A stretch of DNA of 64,000 nt, taken from assembly GCA_016861265.1 (NCBI GenBank), contig BOLA01000001.1:331569-395568 (forward strand), in the 5' to 3' direction. This DNA is from Patescibacteria group bacterium (GTDB lineage: Bacteria; Patescibacteriota; Dojkabacteria; J137). Position 1 is the first letter of the stretch; each line of letters begins with the position of its first letter. This document shows positions 37,255-45,705 of this stretch, piece after piece. The position numbers and the translations under genes are program-made. The notes beneath the pieces were generated by a model that did not search any database, was not told where the DNA came from, and saw only the letters and a list, made by a program, of their open reading frames with translations.

Positions 37255-39012
37255 TTAATTTTCGGTTGATTTTTGAGACTCGAAAATCTGCTTGTATTCT
37301 AAAGATTTTTCAAGTAATTGAACATGAGTTCCTGCCGAAAGAACTTCACCTTCCATTATTAATATAATTTCATCAAAATCCTTAATTGATTCAATCTTTT
37401 GTGAGATTACTAATTGGGTAATTCTAGGATACTCCTTTTTTAAATTATCAAAAATCTTCTTTTCAGTCCCCTTATCGACTCTAGCAGTAAAATCATCTAG
37501 CAATAGAATTTTGGGATTTACTGCCAATGCTCTTGCCAATGTTAGTCTCTGCTTTTGACCACCCGAAAGGTTTGAGCCTCTTTCGTTGATAACAGTTTGC
37601 AAGCCGTTATCTAGTTTGGAGATAAACTCATCAAGCTCCGCAGTATTAATAACTTTGTTTAAATTATCGCTACTACCCTGAAAATCAATATTTTCTCCTA
37701 TAGATGTATTAAAAATTACACTATCCTGAAATACAATTCCCATTTGTTTGTATAAATTTCTAAGATTGTATTCTTTTACATTCACATCATCTATTAAAAT
37801 TTCTCCACTTGTTGGTTCTATTAATCCAGTAAGCAAATACATTATTTGAGTTTTACCTGCAGCAGTTGGACCGATTATCGCCGATTGTTTATGTGGCTGA
37901 ATAGTAAATGAAACATTTTTCAAAATGCTCTTTTCGTCTAATACTAAACTTACATTTCTAAATTCAATCTTTCCCTCAATTTCCTTTTCAATCTTACCGG
38001 TTGCTTCCTCAATCTTTGAATCTAGGACCTCGTTAACTCTACCAAGAGAAATAAATGCTCTAGAAATTAAATTACTAATAAAACCTAAAGTAATCACAGG
38101 CCATATTAGAACTCCCAGATAAGTAAAGAATGTTACAAAGTCTCCTGGAGAGATATTTCCGTTCAACAGCTCACTTCCCCCAATGTATAAAACAACTACT
38201 CCTCCTATACTGCTAGCAAGGTTTACAAATGGAAACATGAAGGCAAAACCATTTAGGATTTTAAAACCTAGGTCTCTGGCTTGAATATTGTAAGTTTCTA
38301 GTTTACCTTCTTCTTTACTTTGAGAATTTAAGACTCTTATTAAGCTTGCGGCCACTATATTCTCACTTATAACTCTATTCAAATTATCTATTATTATTCT
38401 AGATTGATAGAATAAGGGGCCCAATTTTTTAAATACGTACATGAATGCTCCTCCAATTACAGGAATAATTAATAAGCCTGCAATACCCATTGGAACGTTT
38501 ATACTAAGCATCAAAGCTCCTGCACCTATTATTAAAAATACCGATGAGAATAACAGCACCAAACTTTGGGAAATTAAATCTCTAACAGCATCAACATCTG
38601 AAGTTAAAATACTTAGCAACTTTGACGGAGTAATTTGATTTATAAATTTAAAGGTCTGTTTAGAAATCTTTGAGGATATAGCAAGTCTTAAATCAAAAGC
38701 CACCTTCTGAGATAAATAAACACCTGCGACCATCTGAACTACCCCGATTGCTAAAGAAATAAGAACAAGAATTACCATGTCCCTAACAAGGTCATCATAG
38801 TTCTCTCTTTTAACTGCAGCGTCCAAAATGTAGCCTATATATTTAGGTATTATTAAAGATAATACAGTTGCAACTAGAGTAAAACCCACTAAGAAGATAG
38901 TAAGTAGTCTGTAGGGTTTTACAAATCTTAATACAGTTGCAAAAGGATTTGGCCCTTGTTGCATGGATTTTCTATTTTTATCATTGGATTGGGGATTACC
39001 TTCGTTTTCCAT
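37255..39012 (-). CDS. ABC exporter fused permease/ATPase subunit. It carries a degenerate Walker B and H-loop and a canonical signature motif.
   Basis: It has Walker A (GPTAAGKT), a canonical LSGGQ, Walker B (LLLDDF, with D replacing the catalytic E) and an H-loop (ISQK, with Q replacing H). Confidence 0.85.
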   Translation of the reverse strand: MENEGNPQSNDKNRKSMQQGPNPFATVLRFVKPYRLLTIFLVGFTLVATVLSLIIPKYIGYILDAAVKRENYDDLVRDMVILVLISLAIGVVQMVAGVYLSQKVAFDLRLAISSKISKQTFKFINQITPSKLLSILTSDVDAVRDLISQSLVLLFSSVFLIIGAGALMLSINVPMGIAGLLIIPVIGGAFMYVFKKLGPLFYQSRIIIDNLNRVISENIVAASLIRVLNSQSKEEGKLETYNIQARDLGFKILNGFAFMFPFVNLASSIGGVVVLYIGGSELLNGNISPGDFVTFFTYLGVLIWPVITLGFISNLISRAFISLGRVNEVLDSKIEEATGKIEKEIEGKIEFRNVSLVLDEKSILKNVSFTIQPHKQSAIIGPTAAGKTQIMYLLTGLIEPTSGEILIDDVNVKEYNLRNLYKQMGIVFQDSVIFNTSIGENIDFQGSSDNLNKVINTAELDEFISKLDNGLQTVINERGSNLSGGQKQRLTLARALAVNPKILLLDDFTARVDKGTEKKIFDNLKKEYPRITQLVISQKIESIKDFDEIILIMEGEVLSAGTHVQLLEKSLEYKQIFESQKSTEN

Positions 39013-39018
39013 ATAAAA

Positions 39019-39519
39019 TTATTTCGACCAATCAGAACAGGAATTCTGTTCAGAAGGTTCTACTTTTTCTAATAAATAAAATAAAGTATTTAATTCTTCC
39101 GTTGTTAAATTTTTAAATGCTGGACTTATTGAGTTAAAGTAGCCTTTCTTAAAATTATCGAAACGGGATCTCGCATAATCAGTTAATTTTATTTTTAACG
39201 CTCTTCTATCTTGAGGGTCGGCTTCCCTTTTTACAAGTTTTTTTTCAATTAAAATATCAATAAATTGAGTAACGGCACCAGAGGTAACTCTACTAAACCT
39301 AGCTAAATCTTTAACTGATATACCTTCTTTAGATTTAGCCACAATAAATAGAAAAAAAATCTGCCTTCTGCTCAACTTTAGATCCGAAAAGGGCATGAAT
39401 TCGTTATGCCTTGTATGCATACGATTATGACGGCCATGTACATTCTGATGTAAACACCTGAATAATTCATCTAATCTTTCGAGTATTTTTTGGGATAAGT
39501 CTTCTCGTTTTTGCTCCAT
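39019..39519 (-). CDS. MarR-family transcriptional regulator.
   Basis: A winged-helix region (KDLARFSRVTSGAVTQFIDILIEKKLVKREADPQDRRALKIKLT) is present. It lies directly upstream of the ABC exporter genes. Confidence 0.8.
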   Translation of the reverse strand: MEQKREDLSQKILERLDELFRCLHQNVHGRHNRMHTRHNEFMPFSDLKLSRRQIFFLFIVAKSKEGISVKDLARFSRVTSGAVTQFIDILIEKKLVKREADPQDRRALKIKLTDYARSRFDNFKKGYFNSISPAFKNLTTEELNTLFYLLEKVEPSEQNSCSDWSK

Positions 39520-39567
39520 ATTGTTTAGCGACTAAATATATAAGCAACTAAACTATTTTACTGTCAA

Positions 39568-40656
39568 TCAAGAACTTCTTTTTTGATTTAGCCATTGGTT
39601 AAGAGTAAGACCACTTTCTTTGTGTTGTTTTGCATTCTCTATTCCAACATATCGCCAATGCCATGCTTCATGAAGATAACCCGTCTCGGTTTCCTTATTG
39701 GTAGGGTAAGATTGAACATACCCGTATTTATAAGCGTTATCTATAAGCCATCTGCCTAATGCTCCATTTTCAAAATCGTTAGTAAGATCAAATCCTGTTT
39801 CCTCATCCACAAAATCCACCACAGTACCCAATTGATGTTCTGAAAACCCAGGGCGTGCTGAGACTTTATCTGCTTCCTCCTGCCCCAATTGTCTTACCCA
39901 ACTAGCATAAGTTTTATACTGGTCGTTGTAACTTCTATATCCAGAGGCAATTACTAAGTTCTTAGATAACTGAGTCTGTGCATCTTTTGCCATTAATCTA
40001 AGTGCATCCCCGGCTTCAGTGGTTATTAAAATAGGTTCGCTACTATTTGTATATAAAAGCAAATCCTTATTAACATCTACTAAATTTTTTGGTGCATAAT
40101 CTAAAGGCAGTTTGTTTTGCTTATCTACTAATGCCAGTAAACTATCTCCATCGGCAGTGTACGAAAAATTTTCCCAATCCCCTATCTCAGATAATCCGAA
40201 TGGCAAATTAAATGCCTGTCTTGAGCCTGAAATATTAATATCTCCGGCAGCCGTATTTACATCTTCTAATCTGATTTTTTGATTAAAGTCACCTACACCA
40301 ATATTATTAACCTTTACCACATACCAATAGAATGGATTGTCCTGATTTGGTTTTTGAGATAAAAAGAATTCGTATTTTGTATTTTCCGAGGGTTTTAGTT
40401 CAGTCTTAGTTTTAAGAGTAAATGTAGCAGAATTTTGAAGTGTAAGAAGGCTGTTATCTGTATATTCAACTTCGATTGGTTTTACTTCTTTTGCAGTCCC
40501 CTCCGTTTTAGGATTAATAACATGTTCTACAGCAGTTCGAATTACTTCAAATTGATTAGTACCAGTAATTTGTGTAGATACCAATAGGCTAACAATTGCT
40601 ATGAATAAAGCAATTATTACTATAAAAATTAAACGCCTTAGTATTTTGCCAATCAT
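39568..40656 (-). CDS. Membrane-anchored D-Ala-D-Ala carboxypeptidase, VanY/peptidase M15B family.
   Basis: An N-terminal transmembrane helix is followed by M15 motifs (SGYRSY, SEHQLGTVVDF, EAWHWRYVG). Confidence 0.75.
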   Translation of the reverse strand: MIGKILRRLIFIVIIALFIAIVSLLVSTQITGTNQFEVIRTAVEHVINPKTEGTAKEVKPIEVEYTDNSLLTLQNSATFTLKTKTELKPSENTKYEFFLSQKPNQDNPFYWYVVKVNNIGVGDFNQKIRLEDVNTAAGDINISGSRQAFNLPFGLSEIGDWENFSYTADGDSLLALVDKQNKLPLDYAPKNLVDVNKDLLLYTNSSEPILITTEAGDALRLMAKDAQTQLSKNLVIASGYRSYNDQYKTYASWVRQLGQEEADKVSARPGFSEHQLGTVVDFVDEETGFDLTNDFENGALGRWLIDNAYKYGYVQSYPTNKETETGYLHEAWHWRYVGIENAKQHKESGLTLNQWLNQKRSS

Positions 40657-40712
40657 ATTAAGTTACTTAAAATATTATTAATATTATATGTCAAAAACAA
40701 AATTCATATATA

Positions 40713-41546
40713 TTAATCTATGGAATATGTATTCTCTAGCGAAAAATCTCCTACTCTAGTTCTTTCTAATGAAATTAAACTAGCAGGAATTCCAAGAGAT
40801 CTGCCTATATCAATTGCAAGTTGGCGTATATAAGTACCCTTCGAGACACTTACCAATACGTCAATGTAGTTATACTCATTTAGAGGAAAATCATATTCGG
40901 TGAGCTGCTTTTGTTTATGACCAAACACGCTATTAAATGTATTTACAATTTGTGTTCTGCTTAATACTCCCGAGTCGATTAAATCAATGTTATATATTTT
41001 AACCTCCTTAACTGGCAGTGTAACCTTATATACTGATTTTCCATTTATATCAAAAAATTCAACTTCGTTATTGAGGTTAAACTTAAAAGCTGAGTATTGT
41101 CTTGCAAGTTCACGCAATTTTTTGCCGTTCACTTTTACGGAAGAAAATAAGGGCACTGTTTGATTATAGCCCGGCAAGAATGATTTTAATTTTACATTTA
41201 TATCTTTTAAGTCTATATTAACTCCCTCTTTAGATTTATCTACAAGGTCGCCTTCCGGGTCACCAGAATTAGTCTCAATTCCGAGTAAGATTCTTGCCTT
41301 ATATTCTTTATCGTTATTTAAAAACTTATCCGATAGCTTTGTTGCTTTGCCTACTAATATAATAAGTAGGCCGCTGGCAAAAGGATCTAAAGTTCCAGCA
41401 TGACCAACTTTTTTTGTATTAAAGTGTCTTCTGAACTTATAGACTATATCGTGTGAAGAGACTCCAACTGGTTTGTTATATGCAAATACTCCATGAGTTC
41501 GTCCAAACTCATCTGTGTTAATTTTATTTACCTGAAAGCTTTCCAT
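40713..41546 (-). CDS. truB: tRNA pseudouridine-55 synthase TruB.
   Basis: The motif HAGTLDPFASGLLIILVGKATKL with the catalytic Asp is present. Confidence 0.85.
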   Translation of the reverse strand: MESFQVNKINTDEFGRTHGVFAYNKPVGVSSHDIVYKFRRHFNTKKVGHAGTLDPFASGLLIILVGKATKLSDKFLNNDKEYKARILLGIETNSGDPEGDLVDKSKEGVNIDLKDINVKLKSFLPGYNQTVPLFSSVKVNGKKLRELARQYSAFKFNLNNEVEFFDINGKSVYKVTLPVKEVKIYNIDLIDSGVLSRTQIVNTFNSVFGHKQKQLTEYDFPLNEYNYIDVLVSVSKGTYIRQLAIDIGRSLGIPASLISLERTRVGDFSLENTYSID

Positions 41547-41617
41547 AAATTCGAGTATATCATATTGGATATGGCTACTCTACTCAAAGTATATTAATCT
41601 CTGTTAAAATCATTATA

Positions 41618-41995
41618 TTGTTAATTAAATATATGAGCGACATTATTAAAGAAGAACAGGAGAAAAGAAGAGAACTAACACAAGAACTTGGAAAACGAAT
41701 TAAACTTGCCAGGGAAGAGGCTAAAATGTCACAACTTCAAGTAGGAGTAGCGCTAGCAGTATCTGATAAGACTATCAGTGGATATGAATCAGGACGAATA
41801 GCTCCACCTATCGATAAATTAATTCACCTTGCCGATTTATTTAAAAAACCAATAGCATTTTTTCTAGGTGCCGACCCAAGAGATTATAAAGTAGCTTCAA
41901 GATTACGTGCCGTAGAAGTAGCATTAAGGGATGTGCGAAAACAGTTGAATGAAATTAGACTTATAAGTCAAAACCAGGATCTAGACGAAAATTGA
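41618..41995 (+). CDS. XRE-family helix-turn-helix transcriptional regulator.
   Basis: A Cro/C1-type helix-turn-helix is present (MSQLQVGVALAVSDKTISGYESGRIAPPIDKLIHLADLF). Confidence 0.75.
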   Translation: MLIKYMSDIIKEEQEKRRELTQELGKRIKLAREEAKMSQLQVGVALAVSDKTISGYESGRIAPPIDKLIHLADLFKKPIAFFLGADPRDYKVASRLRAVEVALRDVRKQLNEIRLISQNQDLDEN

Positions 41996-42006
41996 GAATA
42001 AAAAAA

Positions 42007-42088
42007 TGCAATCGGAGGGAATCGAACCCTCACCTCTTGCGAGACTGGTTCCTAAGACCAGCGCGTATACCAGTTCCGCCACGATTGC
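42007..42088 (-). tRNA. tRNA-Leu (anticodon TAG), class II with a long variable arm.
   Basis: A manual fold gives an acceptor stem GCAATCG/CGATTGC, anticodon loop CTTAGGA, a 13-nt variable arm, and T-arm GAGGGTTCGATTCCCTC. Confidence 0.85.
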
Positions 42089-42187
42089 ATATAACATACA
42101 GCCCGACAATCCAATTGCTTCCATGTATACTCCCTAAAGGGACTAAGATCTTCTTGAATTCGCAAAGCTCATTAAGAATCTCTGGAG

Positions 42188-42207
42188 CAGTTCCGCCACG
42201 ATTGCAT
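42188..42207. repeat. 20-bp exact direct repeat of the tRNA-Leu 5' end. The tRNA copy is at 42071-42090.
   Basis: CAGTTCCGCCACGATTGCAT occurs twice, 117 bp apart. Confidence 0.8.
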
Positions 42208-42240
42208 GTAGGGAATTTTAGCCGAAACCGCAGCAATTGT

Positions 42241-44994
42241 CTATCTGAAATTCTTTTTTAATCTTCTTCTTTTACGGGCGTACTTATTAGCAAATACTAC
42301 CACAGCAGTTGTAGAAACTAGGAAAGTCAGCGCAATTAAGGGAATTGAAACTCCGGTGTCAGCCAACAAACCTCCTCCATTTCCATTACTTCCGCCAGAA
42401 CCGTTTCCACCGCCACCATTACTTACAGAAATAACAACTGAATTAGTCCCATAGTCAATTCGCAAAGTATTTCCGCCAACAGTGAATGTTGACCCGTTAG
42501 GCAAGCCATTAAATGTTCCAATCAAAACACTCGATGATTGTACTATGGTAAAAGTATTGCCCGAAGTAGGACTAAAGCCCAGGGTAACATTTAAAGTTGC
42601 ATTGTTTAAATTAATGCTTCCATCCACGTTCAGTTGATCGTATTGGCTTCCAACAGTAGTTCCGTTTAACTCCACATTAAAGCTATTGGTGTTTGCAAAT
42701 GCTACATTTCCAGTAACATTTAATATTCCAGGACTATTACCAGGTGCGATTCCTCCTGTACCACCACCCACAATAACTCCTACTCTACCTGTACCACCTA
42801 GAAACCCTGTAGTGCCTAAATTAACGGTACTCGATGGCTGTTGTCCATTGACGATTAATTTCCCCGCATTTATATTAGTTGAACCCGTATAATTATTGTT
42901 GCCTGCGAATGTTTGTATACCAGTACCCACTTTAGTAATGGAACCATTACCGGAAATAACACCGCTGAATGTCTGGTCGCTATTATTAGCACCTACAGTT
43001 AAAATGGCATTACCTAAAGAAATAGTAGAACCCGCATCTCCGGATAAAGCACCTAGAGTCTCTGAAAATGAATTTAGATCAAAAGATGAATACTGATTTA
43101 TATGCATACCAATTGTATCGGGAATTATATTTACACTTGCATTTTTTCTGAGTGTAACATCACCTAAAAGTACGGCTGCAACATTAAAATTATTAGCTGC
43201 ACCTAGCTGAATATAACCAGATCCAGGATTAAATCTTTGAAAAATTAAATTCTGATCTGCTGTACCGCTTATTGCTCCAGTGATAGTTAAAATTGAGTCC
43301 CCTAATATTGAGATTAAAATATTGTCACTACCCTGTATAGTTATTGGACCACCGTAGGTATTGGAATCACTTTGTGAACTTAATGCCCCATTAAAGTTAT
43401 TACCAGATCCGCTAATTGTTAGTGGTTCACTAGTAATATTAACGTTACTAGAAAGAGAGAGCACACCACCTTGATTCACGACTGTGCCAGTTGAACTGTC
43501 TCCTAAGGCTGCTGAATTTGCAGCAACTAATCTAGCACCATTTAATATTGTAACAAGTCCAGTAAATGTATTAACACCATGAAACGCAATTCCATTTCCA
43601 CTTATTGTTATATTTTCAGATCCCTGCAAAATATTATTCACGTTACATCTATCAGCCAGTCCCGGTGCGGAAGAAAACTCGACTTCTCCTAACAATGTCA
43701 ACTCATCACCGGTTATCTCTCCAATTCCTCCATCATCGGTACAGTAAATGTTTGGTGCAGAAATTCCTACATTACCAAAATATGCTCTAAGACTCCCGCC
43801 TTCTATATATAAATCATCTGTTATTACAGTTGAGCCTACCAAATTTGCTCTTCCGCCAGAATATAGATTAAGCGAGGAAATATTATTAGTCTGCCAATCA
43901 CTTTCAAAAGCAAGAATACCATCACTATAGATTTCAATTGTTGCATTCGAGTTGAACTGATCATCTTGATAACCCTGTAACCATGCGCTTTCGGTACCCC
44001 CACTATCATCTCCTATCGTAATAAGATTAGAGACAATTGCTAAGCCTGAACTCTTATTTAGTCTTAAAACTCCATCTTCGACATATGTATCTCCTTCATA
44101 AGTATTACCTTGAGAACCAGTGAACCATAAGATTCCAGTTCCAGATTTGTGGATTTCTGATGTACCCGAAATTATACCGGACAAAGTTAAACTTCCTGCT
44201 TCAACATTAAACCAAGTAGAACCGAATGGTAGATCTATATCAGAAGCCCATGTGTTATCACCGGAAATATTACGCATTGCTCCAGTGACCCCATATTCCC
44301 AGCCTCCGCCATCCAGAGATAAACTAGTCGTACTAATTGTAATATCACCTTCAAGTTCAATTGTCTTCTCGTTATAGGCCGTAACTGCCGTATTTTGAAG
44401 TGCCGTAGAGGATGCCAGTCTCAAGATTCCAAATTCTACCGTCGTACTACCCGAGAATGTATTATCACCTGATAAAATTAATGTACCAGAGCCGTGCTTA
44501 TAAAGATCCTCCCCACCTCCAATATCACCAGTAAAATTAACGTATGTATGTTCATCGTAGACGCTCAAATTTAAATAATCGAATACAATTGTTATGTTAA
44601 TTGGCCATTCGAGAGTTCCTGAATCATCATCGTCATCAAACATAAAATCACCTCTCAGGTTAATGTCGTTCCCTGAAAATTCATAAGAATCCCAACCTAT
44701 AGTTATTCCATTAATATTTATATTTACTGGTAAATCATTAACGGTAGAATACACTTCTCCATCATTAGGAAAAGGGAATACTAGATCGTCCCAGTCTGTT
44801 GGCACTGTACATCCGTCCCAATTGCCGCTGGTTGCCCACTCATTATTAACATTACCGGTCCATGTACAAGTAGCTGCACTAACCTTACTTTGTGAGCTTA
44901 TTATTATTGAAAGAATTGCAAATAATATTGCAGGAATTAAGAAATTTAATAAGTACCTATTACCTCTAATTTTAATCATATGTCCATAATACAT
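42241..44994 (-). CDS. Cell-wall-anchored surface protein with autotransporter-associated beta-strand repeats and a C-terminal LAXTG sortase sorting signal.
   Basis: It has a signal peptide, an N-terminal CTWTGNVNNEWATSGNWDGCTVP motif, and many repeats of the type GSGTLILSGDNTFSGSTTV. The C-terminus is LLADTG followed by a hydrophobic helix and KYARKRRRLKK. Confidence 0.8.
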   Translation of the reverse strand: MYYGHMIKIRGNRYLLNFLIPAILFAILSIIISSQSKVSAATCTWTGNVNNEWATSGNWDGCTVPTDWDDLVFPFPNDGEVYSTVNDLPVNININGITIGWDSYEFSGNDINLRGDFMFDDDDDSGTLEWPINITIVFDYLNLSVYDEHTYVNFTGDIGGGEDLYKHGSGTLILSGDNTFSGSTTVEFGILRLASSTALQNTAVTAYNEKTIELEGDITISTTSLSLDGGGWEYGVTGAMRNISGDNTWASDIDLPFGSTWFNVEAGSLTLSGIISGTSEIHKSGTGILWFTGSQGNTYEGDTYVEDGVLRLNKSSGLAIVSNLITIGDDSGGTESAWLQGYQDDQFNSNATIEIYSDGILAFESDWQTNNISSLNLYSGGRANLVGSTVITDDLYIEGGSLRAYFGNVGISAPNIYCTDDGGIGEITGDELTLLGEVEFSSAPGLADRCNVNNILQGSENITISGNGIAFHGVNTFTGLVTILNGARLVAANSAALGDSSTGTVVNQGGVLSLSSNVNITSEPLTISGSGNNFNGALSSQSDSNTYGGPITIQGSDNILISILGDSILTITGAISGTADQNLIFQRFNPGSGYIQLGAANNFNVAAVLLGDVTLRKNASVNIIPDTIGMHINQYSSFDLNSFSETLGALSGDAGSTISLGNAILTVGANNSDQTFSGVISGNGSITKVGTGIQTFAGNNNYTGSTNINAGKLIVNGQQPSSTVNLGTTGFLGGTGRVGVIVGGGTGGIAPGNSPGILNVTGNVAFANTNSFNVELNGTTVGSQYDQLNVDGSINLNNATLNVTLGFSPTSGNTFTIVQSSSVLIGTFNGLPNGSTFTVGGNTLRIDYGTNSVVISVSNGGGGNGSGGSNGNGGGLLADTGVSIPLIALTFLVSTTAVVVFANKYARKRRRLKKNFR

Positions 44995-45016
44995 GCATTA
45001 AAATTTCATTTCAACA

Positions 45017-45667
45017 TTACTCAAAACCTATAAGGTTGGCTTTCACTACAAATCGCTTATCTGAGGTATATAGAGGAGTACATGTGTAGAGTGTAATTTC
45101 TCTTACCAAACTTGTATCTGCGTCTCTTATTTCTACTTGATCGGGATTAACTAGCATTGTGTTGTAGACTTTATACCAAAAGGTTCTGCCTTGCCACTTA
45201 ATATAAATATCATCGCCTATGCTTACTTCTTCTAGATTGTAGAATGTATTTGTGTTGGGTGGTAAGTACTGAAACCTATGGCCTGCAAGTACCATATTAC
45301 CAGGTACCAGCGGAGTTGATGACTGTGACTCTCTCCACACTCCCTCATAAATATTTAAGACATCTAGAGATTCACCTTCTACAATATTTGTATTAACTCC
45401 AATCTTTGGAATTAGTAAAACATTTTTTTCTTCATTTGTAGCATTTGATTGTATTGTTAGGGAATTAGTGGCATCTGCTGTATTTAAACGAGCAAAAGAT
45501 ACGGGATTTTGATATTCTTTTGTTAAAAGAGAGTTAAAATAATATTGTACTTTTGGCCAGTATGGATAGATTAAATATACAACTACCACAACTACGCTAA
45601 AAGCAATTAAAATTTTAGGTAATACTGATTGTGTTTTATTTGTCTTTTGGTTTTTAACTTTAAACAT
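45017..45667 (-). CDS. Sortase (transpeptidase), probably class E.
   Basis: It has an N-terminal membrane anchor, a His motif (LAGHR), a catalytic Cys in TLYTCTP (TLxTC) and a C-terminal Arg. It lies immediately upstream of the LAXTG substrate gene. Confidence 0.8.
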   Translation of the reverse strand: MFKVKNQKTNKTQSVLPKILIAFSVVVVVVYLIYPYWPKVQYYFNSLLTKEYQNPVSFARLNTADATNSLTIQSNATNEEKNVLLIPKIGVNTNIVEGESLDVLNIYEGVWRESQSSTPLVPGNMVLAGHRFQYLPPNTNTFYNLEEVSIGDDIYIKWQGRTFWYKVYNTMLVNPDQVEIRDADTSLVREITLYTCTPLYTSDKRFVVKANLIGFE

Positions 45668-45705
45668 TATTAGTACAAAGTATTAGTTACCAAGTTAAAT
45701 TTAAT

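Noticed and set aside
41992-42261. ORFs on both strands (41992..42261 on plus and 42030..42236 on minus) overlapping tRNA-Leu.
   Set aside because: They overlap a well-folding tRNA and its duplicated fragment. There are no start signals.
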